From: Takakia lepidozioides
Taxonomy: Eukaryota > Plantae > Bryophyta
Assembly: GCA_030704615.1 (NCBI GenBank)
Contig: CM060731.1
Location: forward strand, 49,662,001 to 49,726,000
DNA length: 64,000 nt
Reading direction: 5' to 3'
The position numbers were made by a program, and so were the translations under genes. The notes below the pieces were generated by a model. That model searched no databases. It saw only the letters and a program-made list of their open reading frames with translations, and had not been told where the DNA came from. Shown one piece after another: positions 1 to 12,857 of this stretch. Within the stretch, counting starts at the first letter, position 1, and each line of letters starts with the position of its first letter.

Positions 1-2
1 TT

Positions 3-1200
3 CAGCTCAAACAGTGTGCGTTGCCGCACACTGTCTGAGCTGGCAGTGAAGGGTTCATTTCACCCTCACATAACAGACAGCAAGACCAAATTTTGCAACA
101 CCTAAAAACATTGAAATGGTCTGCTCAAACAGTGTGCGTTGCCGCACACTGTTTGAGCTGGTTGTGAAGGTTCATTTCAACCTCAGATAACAACCCTGAA
201 GTCCAAATTTTGCACCCAGAAACATTGAAATGTTCAGCTCAAACAGTGTGCGTTGCCGCACACTGTTTGAGCTGGCAGTGCAGGGTTCATTTCATCCTCA
301 GAAAGGTACCCATGAAGTCCAAATTTGCACCCTTAAACATTGAAATGTTCAGCTCAAACAGTGTGCGTTGCCGCACACTGTTTGGGCTGGCAGTGAAGGT
401 TCATCATTTCATCTCTCAAATAGGTGCCCCTGAAGTCCAAATATTTGCACCCTGAAACATTAAATGTTCAGCTCAAACAGTGTGCGTTGCCGCACACTGT
501 CTGAGCTGGCAGTGAAGGGTTCATTTCACCTCACATAACAGACATCAGACCAAATTTTGCACCCTGAAACATTGAAATGGTCTGCTCAAACAGTGTGCGT
601 TGCCGCACACTGTTTGAGCTGGTTGTGAAGGGTTCATTTCAACCTCAGATAACAGACAGTAAAGACCAATTTTTGCACCCTAAAACATTGAAATGGTCTG
701 CTCAAACAGTGTGCGTTGCCGCACACTGTTTGAGCTGGTTGTGAAGGGTTTATTTCAACCTAAGTTAACAGACAGTAAAGACCAAATTTTGCACCCTAAA
801 ACATTGAAATGTCTGCTCAAACAGTGTGCGTTGCCGCACAGTGTTTGTGCTGCTTGTGCAGGGTTCATTTCAACCTCGGATAACAGACCCTGAAGTCCAA
901 ATTTTGAACCCAAAAACATTGAAATTTTCAGCTCAAACAGTGTGCGTTGCCGCACACTGTTTGGCTGGCAGTGCAAGGTTCATTCCATCCTCAGAAAGGT
1001 ACCCATGAAGTCCAAATTTTGCACCCTTAAACATTGAAATGTTCAGCTCAAACAGTGTGCGTTGCCGCACACTGTTTGAGCTGGCAGTGCAGGGTTCATT
1101 TCATCCTCAGAAAGGTGTCGTTGAGGGAAGAATTTTGCATCCTTAAACAGTGACATGTGCAGCTCAAACAGTGTGCGGCAACGCACACTGTTTGAGCTGC
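3..1200. repeat. Tandem array (~116-bp unit, 11 copies visible, open at window start); each unit carries a 40-bp palindrome CAGCTCAAACAGTGTGCG-ttgc-CGCACACTGTTTGAGCTG
   Basis: Palindrome copies start near 3, 121, 235, 350, 469, 582, 698, 813, 929, 1045 and 1160. The consensus is an 18-bp perfect stem with a 4-nt loop; some copies have substitutions. Intervening segments are homologous to each other. The last copy has the loop reversed (gcaa). Confidence 0.95.
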
Positions 1201-1531
1201 CGCTGAATGGTTCTTTCTTTCTCAAATACCTGCCATTGAAAGCCGAATTCTTCACAAATGTGGGTCCTGTAGATTTTACCTTTTTCGTAGCTACTCGAGA
1301 AGACTCCCCAGTTGCCGGGGACCCTTTCCACTTCGGGCTGCTCTCTTCGCCGACTATGTAGGTGAGCCTCTCCCCCTTCCTCTTTCCCGTGGTCAGATCC
1401 TTCGTGAGGCAAGTGTCAACATCTTCCTCCATGTCGTCTGTCTCTCCCTCAGACGCAGTGTCCTCCTCGCCTGTTCCTGGAACTATGGTGGGTTGTTGTT
1501 CTTCTCCAGATTCCTGCTCCTCCATCGCCAC
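1043..1531 (-). CDS. Possible small acidic/basic low-complexity ORF divergent from the transposase, running into the hairpin array
   Basis: 162-aa ORF with an E/D-rich N-terminus and KRK/KKVK basic patches; no recognisable domain. Confidence 0.25.
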   Translation of the reverse strand: MAMEEQESGEEQQPTIVPGTGEEDTASEGETDDMEEDVDTCLTKDLTTGKRKGERLTYIVGEESSPKWKGSPATGESSRVATKKVKSTGPTFVKNSAFNGRYLRKKEPFSGSSNSVRCRTLFELHMSLFKDAKFFPQRHLSEDEMNPALPAQTVCGNAHCLS

Positions 1532-2524
1532 ACTTTCGTGTATTCCCCTTCTTCCTCCTTTTCCTCTTCCTCCACTCTTTCCATCCTCATTCTATATCTA
1601 GCTCTATTCCTGTTTCTAGAACTCGTGAAGTATAATGACTTCCTTCTCTTTCTCGAAACAAGGGCTCCCCACGATGCCCCTGGAGCTCTCCAGTTTGACG
1701 TTTGCAACAAGTGCTGGTATCGCATGTAACAAAAATAAAAATGGACGTTGTCAACCGTATTTGGATGCGGGTGTTGATATTGTGTGCGAACGGAATTCAT
1801 CCATTTTGGCGTCTTTGTATTACCCAGCTAATAAAGCGCCGAAGAAAAAGAACATCCGTTGCATTCATTTGCGATATATGTCAGATGTACTTCGCCGCCT
1901 GCCAATACATGGCGGCCTCCTTGCCTTCTTTCAAATTCGAATGTGCCGTAGAAATGTAGTGCTTTTTCAATTCCGAGCAGTTCTTCCAGATTCGCAGTAA
2001 TTGTTATGCTTCACATATGCATCCACGTGTGTTGTACTGAATGCCCTGTGGTTTTTTTTATGCCGTGACCGTCCCCATGGGGTCATTCGGTATAAAGGAT
2101 TGTGTCGGATATGACCATGTGTTGCACACATTCGTGCGAGGTATGTCTTGGAGTGTCGGTGTTTGTTCTGTGCTATTCTGGCGCAACACAATCTCATTAC
2201 AATCGGATCTTCCTGTTTACTGCTCTCCAGGGTTGTTGCCGTCATTTCATAATGGATGGTTTCATGTCATTTTCAGGGTTTGGTTTCCATCCAAAAACAG
2301 CACGGCTTCTTGTGGCACTGGTCTTTCAAAACGGTTTTTCTGGTTGGTGGGAGGTGAAGGTGCACGTCATCCCTACATCCTTGGCATGCATCGCCGGCAG
2401 CCTTTGGTTTGGTGCTACCCTTGTTGACCTCAGTTTGCTGGTGGTATTTCCACTTTCGATAATTACAGGCTCTCTGTTCGGGGATTCCGTTCTGAATCGC
2501 CAATTTCGTTCAGTGCTGGAAAAC

Positions 2525-5500
2525 ATGTCGAGGGAGCGAGATGCACTCGCTCGATTCCATTCCAATGCAGGTACTCTTCCATTGACTGCCACTGCAGATG
2601 ACGATGGGTATGCAGTTGTTCATGAGGATGAGCTGGTTACAGTGTTCCCGCTGGAGTTGGGTTCTCTGCTTGTTCAGAAAGAGGTGTATGACGAGGATGG
2701 CAATTTGGATTCTGGGCACTTGGAGAAACCCTTGGTTGGCGAGTGTGGAAGGAAGTGGAGAGTCCTTCCAGGAACATACCGTGTCCTTGGTAAAGAGAGA
2801 AGACAATCAGCAGGATCAGTCGTTACCCCTGGCACTGCAGCATCGGTCGTGCAACTGAAGGGCACAGTTCCTGTGAAACAAGAGGTGAGCACATCCACTA
2901 CCTTCGTGACTCTTTCGGACTCGTCCTCGGAGGATGTTTCTGAGATTCCTCCACCAGTGCAAACTCCCTTATTGGATGATGACGAATTGCAAGAGATAAC
3001 AAGTGTCATTCCAAAATTGAAAGCCCTCGCAGGTGTGCCTGGGTGCAAGAGCGAGCTACGTTTTGTTGATTGGGAGTCCCTTCCAGTGCAACGGGTTCAA
3101 TACGTGCCAGCTCAGTTTGATGGGGACATCTTGTTTGAGCTCAACCCTCCCACGTCTTCCAGTGGACTGGCTGGGCTTCTGCAGGGCATGGACAAGAAAC
3201 ATGACGGACATCCTTGGTGCAGGACAAAAACTTCGAACATCCATAACGACATTGGCTTGAAATTTCGGAGGTCGGTTTGCGTTGGGCATTGCAAGTGCCT
3301 GAATATTTCTTGCCCTCGGCTGAGAAACAGCGCTCAGCCAAACGAAAGTGAGTGGGAAGGTGTGCCCCTGAATCCTTTCACCCCAGGGCTTGCACCTCCC
3401 AAGACCAATACTTTTGTGTGCAGGTTCTGCAAACTTTCCCCGTCCTGTGTTTCTGTTTGCCACGCTCGTATGTATCAGGTGGCACATCGATGCAAGACAA
3501 TGACTCGTGCCTGCATTCATATGGGTGCACACGAGCATCCTGTGTCAAAGGGAGTTGCAGGGATAGCGTGGACATCGCTAGAAATCTACTGAAGCAAGAG
3601 TTCCATAATGCCCCTTGTGCAACACCTTCTGCTATAGCGCTTGCAGCTAGCAAGGCATTCCTGGAAAAACACATACTGGGTGAAGGGGATGCGACACAGC
3701 CAATGCTGGATGCAGATTCCCTTGAGGCAGTCATGGACCATTTCTCCGTGTTGAGCTCTCCCAATATTCGAAACCAGGTGAATGCACTCAGAATGGGCAT
3801 AGGCACTGCTGGATTCATGGACAACATTATGGACCTCAAACGGAGGAGTCGCTATGAATTCATTCAAAATAGTATGTTCCCTGGCCAGGGCTCGTCCAAA
3901 GTGTATTTGTTCAAGATGTCCGCTGTGGGCCAAGGCAGTGGTGTGAGCATTGTCCGCCGAATGCAACCTGGAGGAGATTTGGCTAAATGTTGGTTAATGT
4001 TTGATCACTGCAAACGGGTGAAGGGTTGGACAACCATGGCGTGCCATGTGTATGATCCAGCGTACCAGCGTGTGCTCTCCATAGCAATTTGTGATATGCA
4101 GTCGGAGGACACTGAATCCCAGATGCTCATGTGGAATTCCCTCCTGGCCGTCATGCAGCGCAATGGAATACAGAACACAAATTTTGCGGGCTTCATGGCT
4201 GATAGTGCACAGGCAAATTTCAATGCAGTGCGGCGCGTGTTTGGTTCGGGGGATCCTAAGGTCCCAATGGAAAATAGGGAGCGCACATGCCTCTTCCATT
4301 GGAGTCAATCTCTGGCACGTCATACAAAGCGCTGCATTCGCCCTGACCTTCAGTTGGAGCATAGAAGGCTCTGTCTGAAGTACAAGAATGCCACCTCAAT
4401 GGGAGAAGCTGAGAGCACTTACCAGGCAATCCGGGCTTGGTGGTTCTCCTCTGGTGCTGCTACAGGTATCCACCTGAAGGAGTTGGAGGACTGGTTGGTT
4501 TTCTGGCACTTCAGGTACAGACAGTGGGGAGCTTTCATGACGACGGTAAGCCTCACAAGTTTTCCTTAAACACAAATTGCACTTTGCATCGTGCCTGTTC
4601 ATTTGGGGTTGTTCGATTGTCACTTGAAGAACCTCTACCATTTCTTTTCCTTCCTCACATTTCCATGCAATGCCTCCTGCAGGACATGTCCTTGGAGGAC
4701 TTGGCCGACATGCCATCGTGTAATTTGGCAGAGACTGTTCACAACGCCTGGATGCAACAGTCTACCAAAGCAGGTCGTGACTTGTATGTGGCCACTGCTG
4801 ATGACATGGTGCGGGCACTTACACAACAAACCAGGTACCGCAATTTTCTGATGGGACGGGGTGGAGGGAAGGGCCCCGATACGACTTTGTTGATGCTAAG
4901 GGCTGCGAGTAGGTCCGGAGACCCGTCAAAGATGGCCAGAGCTCTAAACAGGTGCACTGAAGGCTCCCCTCTGCAATCCAGGGTCCCCCATTTGGAAGGC
5001 GAGGAAAGATTTGGATCATGCAAAAGGAAATTAAACACTCTTCCAGGGTCAGATGGAGATTCCCATAGGCCAGACAGGGTCAATTTCTCTGTGCCAAAGG
5101 TGTCTCCAGTGCAGACTAAGTCCTGTGCCGGCCCCTTCCCAGGTGGGTCCTCCTCCTGTGGAGCAGGTGCAGAACATGCAAGCATAGCAGCGGAAATCCC
5201 ATTGGAGGAGGTGGTGGCCATGGTGCAGGAATCTGATTGCATTGATAGTGACTGGCATATAGAACGCACCCCACCAGGATCTAGAGTGGCTTGCATGGCA
5301 ATTCGGACCCCCTCGTTCAAGAAATGCAAATCAAAAATATGCAAAGGCTCCAGGGGGACTCCAGCTCCAACATTCACAGGGTTGTTCCAACCTTATCATA
5401 GTGGGGAGTCAAAAGAGCACAAGTTCTGGTTCTGCCCAGACGATATGGCACGATGCGTGAAGGGAACAGTTCGTCCTTCCGTGATAATGAAGCCCCCTCC

Positions 5501-6095
5501 CCCCGCAATTTGGCCTGTGAAAATTGGGACATCGCTGTCCTCAACCGAGATAAGCATGCTGGAGGAGGGAGGGTTTTGTCTTGCACGGTCCCGGGTGGTG
5601 CCCTTATGCACTGTCGGCACAGATGTGCCACATGCTCCGACAATGCCTCCACCCGGTGCCGACTCCCACCCAACAAAAAGAGATGGAAAAACAGTGCGCC
5701 GTGTTGCTTCGGGTGCAGATCACGAATGCAAGATGGAATCGGCTAGAATTTTGCAGGCTGGGGTGACTCGTATCACCGAAGTCCCTTCCCCGGGGTATGG
5801 ACGGATTTACACATTGCTGTCAATTGGCTCAGTTCTTCATGCCAAAGAATATCAGGTTACCATCGGGAATTTCCCATCGTGCACTTGTCCGGATTTTGTA
5901 ACGATGCGTGAGGGCGCTCTCGGCATGAGAGGGAAGTGGGTCCCCTGCAAGCATCAATATTACATATACCTTGTAATTATGTGTTGCGACGGTAAGAGAG
6001 ACCAATTCATTCACCAAGCCACACTAGGCTACGGAGAAGTCATCACCCTTCTGCAGCGGGACACCTCGCGTAGAGCTCCGCCAACTTCTCTTTGA
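2525..6095 (+). mobile_element. Mutator-like (MULE) DDE transposase with N-terminal GCM-like Cys/His domain and C-terminal SWIM finger; one frameshift (~3550) and one intron (4546-4682)
   Basis: Catalytic candidates WLMFDH, FMADSA and NLAET; CLFHW (CxxH) motif; SWIM SCTCPDF...CKHQYY; N-terminal DGHPW..TSN...CVGHCKC.N..C...CRFC...C.AR...H.G.HEHP. A GTAAG...CAG intron joins ORFs 3352-4569 and 4437-6095 in phase 0. Confidence 0.8.
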
Positions 6096-6515
6096 ACACA
6101 TACGAGCCATGCCCGCTTCCCATGCTGGTTTCCAGGTTGCCGTGTGAAGACTTTTCATTTTATGACAAACATATACATTTCGTTCACTTGTGAGGGCAAA
6201 TGCACTTGCGATTCATTGTAAGCGTCTCTCTGTGAATTGAAATAAACTGTGTCAATCATTCTGAGCTCAAATCTGCCATGTTTACATATTCCTCTTTTTT
6301 GGCACGCATTGCAGACATGGTGCATGGTGGCCTCCTTTGTTTTGTCCACGGTAATAGGCCCTCTTCCTGCAATCCTCGCCTATAGGACCTGCTTCTCCAG
6401 CAGATTCATGCCGCTCACGCTTCCCTGAAGCGTGAGCTCAGCTCACGCTTCAAAGCTTGAACGTGAGCTCAGCTCCCAGGCTCACGGGGCTGGGCTCACG
6501 CCGTAGCTACGCTGG

Positions 6516-7772
6516 TTGCTTGGCGGGCTGACGATGGCCCTCCCCCGCTTTTGGTCCTCACTGTTTCTACATATCTTGGATTCACGCTCACTCTTCCTCT
6601 CCATTCTCGGCAGTCTCTCTCTTCACCGCTCTAGCTTCATCTCAGCCCTTCCTCAGTCTTTCTTCCTCTTGCAAATGGCATCTTTTGTCTCAGCCGTTCC
6701 GGCTCGCAGGAGAGATGATTCTTTCAGGAGGGACTCTAGAAGAGACAACAGAAGAGATTCAAGAAGAGAGCCCAAAATCAGAGCTTGGGGCTCTACTAAA
6801 AGAGATTCCCGTGCGGCTACGGGGGTCTTGGGCATTGGTCCCTTTGCTCATTCTGGCCCCATTCAGCATTTTGGTCCTATGGATAGTGCTTACTCCCCCG
6901 GTCAGGTCTCTCAAGAATGGAGCGAGACGGCTGGGAATCTGGACGCAAATCAGCCTATTTTATCCCTGGATATGGCTCTGGTGAAAGAGCACTCGCTCGC
7001 TCTCAAAGAGCAGGGCATTCTCGTGCACTTCCCTGGCCGAGCTAGGGACAGATATTGGGCGAGGAGGTGGGCTCTTGAACACGTGGGTGTGGAGGGTGGT
7101 CTTACACAACACTTCTGCATTCCTCTCAGCAAAGGTTTCTTCTCCATTATGTTCTCGTCAGCGGAACATGCCACCAAAGCGCTTGCTTTCAACACATCCC
7201 TCTCAAGGGTCAGGGTGAACATTTTCCCCTGGTCCCCCAAGTGGGGGCACAAGGGAGGAGTTACCTGCAAGCCGAGGGTGATTTCTCTCCCTTTTCTTCC
7301 TGGAAATTACTTAAGGTCGCTCCCGGAGATTGGAGCTCATTTTGGAGCCTTTGTGGGCGCCATCACCGTCAACGATCATGAGGTTCTTCACCCTCGGAGT
7401 GTCGACACGAACAACGCAACTGTTGATATTCAGAGAGACAGTGGCATCCCAAGAATAGTGGTACTAATGCCAGAAAAAGATAAGCTGCCCTCAGCAATTA
7501 AGTTGCCAACTTTGGATGGCTCTTTTGTTTCGGTGGTGATTCATGAGGAGCTCCTGACTGTGATCTGCCATTTCTGCCATCGAGTTGGTCATGTAAAGGC
7601 TGATTGCAAAGACAGGCTGAACCATAATCTGAGGCAGATCCCCCCTCAAAGGGAAGCTAAGATTATTCTATGCGCAGGGACTTGCAAGATTTCACAACCC
7701 CGATGGCCAGAAAATGAACGGATTCGGCTCCCTCAGAATAACCTCCAGCCAAAAGGATGCGCGAAAATCTAG
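6516..7772 (+). mobile_element. L1-type LINE ORF1-like protein (DUF4283-like region plus CCHC zinc knuckle)
   Basis: LSKGFFSIMFSS...FPWSP...LPFLP...IGAHFG and knuckle CHFCHRVGHVKADC. A matching ORF2 start (MNCSLTSWNVRGIG) lies at ~12500. Confidence 0.75.
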
Positions 7773-8775
7773 CCTTGGTCAGCCCGCGAATCTTCCTCCT
7801 CCCGTCCAAATCCCCTCTTTCGGAGAGGCAAATTCAAGCTAAGCCAGCTTCTTTTTTTCTTGGAGCAGGGATCCCCCCAAATTTGGCAAGCTATTGTCTG
7901 AATCAATTGAAGTCTTTCTCGAATGTTTATTTGAGACATCACTTCCTAATGACAACGGAGAACTGGTGGGATCAATTACAATGAAGATCCAAATCACCCT
8001 ATCATCTTTGGATTTCCAGACGGGAAGCCTTCAATTCTCTTGACGGGTGATAATATGTTCCTCAACACATTTATCTCGGAGGTTGATGTTTTCTCTCTTA
8101 TTGATTCTCAAGAGATTGACCTCATGATCTCCAAGGTTAAGCAGATCTTCTCCTCCCAACTTCCCCTCTTTTCTCTTTCTGCAGAAACGACAATTTACTT
8201 TGGCTCCTTCCTCTTCCGTCAAAACGTTGCTCCTTACGATTTCTCTGTACAGGTCTTGCTTGTCATGAGGCTCTCCGAAGTCAGACTGCTTGAGGCAGGT
8301 ATTGCTAGCATGATGTGGCTATCTGGAGACTCCATTCCTAATGATGTGGGCTTGCAAGGGGATAAGCAGTGGATGGCATACATACTCCAAGCGGGTAACA
8401 AGCTTCTGTTCACTGTTGAGAAAGCCAAAGCATACGCTGCCCCTTTGGTAAAGCCTCACTCCAGCGATGGCCTCATGGTCATTTCCATGATGGAGGTGGA
8501 ATCTCCCTTGGCTAATCTGGCTCCGATGGATCTGGCTCTCCAAGCTCCCCCTTCGGTGAGCCACCCTTTTTTTCACTCAGAGTTGCAGGAAACTCAGAGA
8601 CTCCCGATCGTGCTTTTTTGTCTCAAGTCTCAATTGGGTGTCGTAATGCTGAGTGAGGACCTCATTCGCAAAATATTACATTTGAAAATCAGGGTATAGA
8701 AACTAGGTAAACCACTAAACGCAAGTATGTCGTAGCATTTTTTGAGTTGCAAGATATATTGGAAATACCTAATTT

Positions 8776-9566
8776 TTGGGTCAGATAACAGAAACTAATG
8801 GGCTCTTTTGGATGGTTCAGAACATTGTTACTCAAGAATTGTATGGTGTTCGGAAACACAAACACATGTTGCTGGTACTGAGTATCAATGGACTTCTTTG
8901 CTACAGGCCACCTCCTACCGGAGGTGAGTTGTTTAAACAGAGGTTCCACTTGAGGAAAGTAACAATTCGAGTGGCCGCAAGACCATTTGTGGTTCCAAGA
9001 CCTGGAGTATTGGAGTTTCTTCGACTTGCATTGACTCATTTTCATGTAGCGATTTGGTCTTGCGCTGAGAAGCATACTGTATTCAAGATGTTGGAGTGTT
9101 TCGTTCCTCCGGAAATTATGAAACAATTTCGTTTCATATGGTCTGCCGAGCATTGCACAGATACAGCTGGACATATTAAGCCTGGAATGAAATATCTTAT
9201 TAAAGATATTAAGAGTATTCTCGTAAAATTAATGGGAAAGAATTTGCTAGGCAGGGGCAAATTCTACTGGTCGACGATGACCCATCCAAGGCACTCCGAA
9301 ACCCAATGAATACTGGAGTCTTCCCCGTCACATTCAAGGAATCAAGCAATTTGGAGGATTTGGTTGACCTCACCAAAGCATTGTGGCATTTTCTCTCGGG
9401 CATGATTGGAGCCCAGTCTGTTGTTGATTATGTCGGCAAGAACTCCTGCAAATCTTCCGGCCCACCGATAGATCGAAATCACGTCTACTGGTCCTGGTTT
9501 GGAAGATTTATTGATGATTCTGTCTGGCACCCTCCTAAAAAAGATCCCGATTATCTGGGTATATAA
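8776..9566 (+). pseudogene. FCP1/NIF (HAD-fold CTD phosphatase-like) domain, frameshifted near 9240
   Basis: LLVLSINGLL (degenerate DxDxT position), RPGVLEFL...FHVAIWS, FIWSAEHC, KDI, then LLVDDDPSKALRNP.NTGVFP in the next frame. Confidence 0.7.
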
Positions 9567-11654
9567 TTTAACATTGCCCTATTTTGTGTGTAGTCCATCA
9601 GTTTTACTTCAACCTCCATTTGTACTTATACGTATGTTGACTTTACTTGACTTTTGTGAGATCAATGATATTTCAATGATCTTTGTATTTTCTTTAACAA
9701 TTCCCTTTTGTGTTGCCTCCACACAGTTATATTCCAGTGTCGAGTTCAGAATCAAATTTGACAGGAGAAGAAGGAGGAACGACAGCGAAAGGCTGAGCGG
9801 AGGGACCGCGAGGCTTTACGTTCGTCAAGGTCATCAAGTACAACTACCAGTGAGGTGTCTGGTCATATCTTACATCAATCTCCCACTGTATCCATCTCCT
9901 CGGGTGCACATAATTCCGCCATCAGTAGGTACCGACGGCAATCTCGAACATATGCGTTGAGTATGAGCCGTTTGGGAAGCAACTCTGTGTTATTGATGAA
10001 TTAAACTATGGCCGGCCTGTTCATTACACACATACGTTATTTAACACTGTCAATGTTATGCCAGATCCTTTCGGCTGTAATGTTAATCATCGAAGTTTGA
10101 GAGAAATCACGCGCAATCGCGCATGGTTCCTTCATATATCCTCTTGTGGAGCTAGCATGGATCAGCAGTGCCATCAGATGTTATCAAAACAAATTGACTT
10201 CATTGTCAGTTTAGGCAATAACAGATCAGGTTGGAGGTTAGAGGAGGTTGGAGGAGAAGAAATTTTCCGATGTTTTTATATTACAATGGGGAACAAGTGA
10301 CACGATCATCGTCTATGACTGAATTCGGGTTCCTAACTCGTAATTCAAGCTCCCACGATGGTCGTCTCATTTGTTCCTGAGCGGATTGTGAAGCTCTGTT
10401 AAAATCTCTCTTCAAATGGATTGAAGTAATTTTGGCGGCTTCGAAATTCCTTCCCTGACGAACTGATGGCACCATTGTGGTTGATTGAAATCTGGATACA
10501 CTCGGCTCGTTGTGGTTCTCAATGGTGGTAGAGGCAGAGATCTGTCGCGCGATCACTTGTGGTTCGAAAAGCGGATTTCAGCATCGTCCTGGTTCTCCAG
10601 CCGACTGCCAAAGTGTTATATTACCTCAACAGTGCCACATGTGATTGGTTGGAGTGATGTTTTTTATATGCTCACACAATCAACAACGAAAATGCTGTCA
10701 TTTGAAGATGTGATGATTCTGCAGGCATAGTGAGTTACTTCAGGTCAGTTACAACAAGGGAACTCAAGGTACAGTAAATCGTCAGAAGTACCACAACCTA
10801 TCACAGATGAACCTCGACTGATCACCCGATTCTATTTCCTTGAAGATTTCGCAGAAAACGTCACTCTCTCCATCAACGTACTCCCCACTGAACCACTCTC
10901 CAGAAGCATACGAGCAGCATACTTACTCACCAATTGGATACTTTCAGCATCTTACTCCAAGTCAGTTACTTGGACATTATGTTTTGAAGAACATACGAGT
11001 AATTCATCATCTTCGCGATTCACTGAAAGTCTACAAAACCACCAATTCTTCGAGAAGTACAGCTGAACTTCGGTCGCACAAGACATTGTTGGTTGGCGTA
11101 ATATTGGAGGATATTTTTTATGAGGTCATCACCATATCCACGATACTTAAGACAACATTTCAGGGACTTCTTCCATCTTCTGCTGACAAAAACCTTCGGA
11201 ACAACGGAAGAATACAGATTTGAAAATGGTCCCTCCAACCTTGTCAAAATATCGTGATTTTGGGAAATGGCTTTCCTCAAAATATTTTCATCATAAGTAC
11301 GTCGGCTGACATCGTCTTGTGTTACTGGAGTTCAGCCCTCCTTCTAGAAGTTGATACTCTCATTGACATGGTTTACGTTATCTGTATTGGTCCATGCCGC
11401 ATGGGCCGAGACTTACTCAAATTAACATGGTTTTGAAATAAAACCGGGTTGTTTATCATCAATGTCTCCCCATTGTCTTTCATTTCATGTCATGGTATTG
11501 TGTCATTGTGCCATGTTTTACTCACATATTTGATTGATTTGTCTTGTACGTTACATAGTAACGGCCTTCACAAGCTCAGTCGCGATTACGAATATGACTG
11601 GTGCTCCAATCATCCATCAGACCGCGGATCATGAAGCGAGTTATCACCCGACAC

Positions 11655-11880
11655 CCGTTTTTTTAATTTATTTTTTAATGTAATGGAAACACCTGGGAGC
11701 GACAGCTCACAAATCAGGCCCCCTTAATAGTATAACCTCGTTCACAGTAACCCCGCCATGTGGCGTTGGAATGGGGCACCACCCATGAGCATACCACACC
11801 CGTCAATAGCAAGATTTGACCCCATAATCATCTGGGTGGCACTCAGTGCACCTCACCAACTAAGCTATTGAATGTTGGTA
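11655..11880 (-). mobile_element. tRNA-derived SINE copy
   Basis: Minus strand has A-box-like TAGCTTAGTTGG, B-box-like GGGTCAAATC and an A-rich tail; homologous to 47500-47760. Confidence 0.6.
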
Positions 11881-12499
11881 TCTCATTCAACTCTTACTAA
11901 ACGTCAAGTGAACAGTGGAACTTGGTTTATGAGCCAAATAAAAACTGCTTTTTCTCTTGAAGTTTATACATAATGTTTCTTTATTGCTCATATTATATAT
12001 TAATAGACAAACAATTATTTATATCTTTATATTTATATTTAAAATGATCCAATTAAATTTATTTAAATGATTTAAAAAATGCATATTCAGATATTTCTCC
12101 GTATTTCTGGACCAAACTTTAGTCCAGATTTACTTAAAATTGTGTTACTCTCTTCAGCTCTGCAAAGCCTTATGTAAGACAAGTAGGGGTCGACAGATGC
12201 ATTTGGTTCCATTCAATGTCTCTAGACGATCCCCTTGCCTGACCTCACCTTTCATTATGATGTCTTGTCTGGCCCTCAAGTCTATTTTGCTTCAGAAACT
12301 CAATATGCGGATGATTTGCTCAGGGTGGATAGGTGCTTGGCCCTGCCTCAATTTTATAAGAAAGCAATCTTTTGCAACATGCTTTGTGCCCTTTGTGGCA
12401 CTCGTTTCATCTCCTTTACATGGTGTTGCGGGGTGTTGCCTTTCTATTTTCAAGCCATCGAATCATGGTTTTCCCATGGTCTTGCTGCCGGCTCCTCCA

Positions 12500-12541
12500 T
12501 GAATTGTTCCTTGACATCCTGGAATGTGCGTGGCATTGGGT
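12500..12541 (+). pseudogene. Start of LINE ORF2 AP-endonuclease, truncated where Copia gag begins
   Basis: MNCSLTSWNVRGIG matches the typical SWNVRG start of plant L1 APE. Confidence 0.65.
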
Positions 12542-12857
12542 CCAACTGCGGCACAAATTACCGCTGGAGCATAAGCACTTCCAGCTACAGGGGCTGGTAG
12601 TGTAGCAAACTGGGAGGAGAGAGATTGTCCTTCTCTCACAATAATTAATAACTGCCTTGACAATAGCGTAGTTTCACATGTACAATCATGTCTCTCAGCC
12701 CATGGTGCTTGGACTGAGTTAGCACGGCTGTATGAGTCGAAAGATGCAGTGACTAATTAACATGTACCTTAGAGATAAGATGCAAACACTAAAGATGAAA
12801 AAAAATGAAAGTGTCACAAAGCATATACATGCTTTTAGATCATTGCTTGAACAGTTA

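Noticed and set aside
210-1008. ORFs with AQTVCVAAHCLS / SSNSVRCRTLFEL repeats
   Set aside because: The unit length is mostly not a multiple of 3 and frames shift between units; these are by-products of the palindrome.
3-1200. CRISPR array
   Set aside because: The linkers are homologous to one another rather than unique spacers, the context is eukaryotic, and no cas genes are present.
10058-11634. Several short ORFs on both strands
   Set aside because: No recognisable motif; possibly decayed coding DNA but unassignable by eye.
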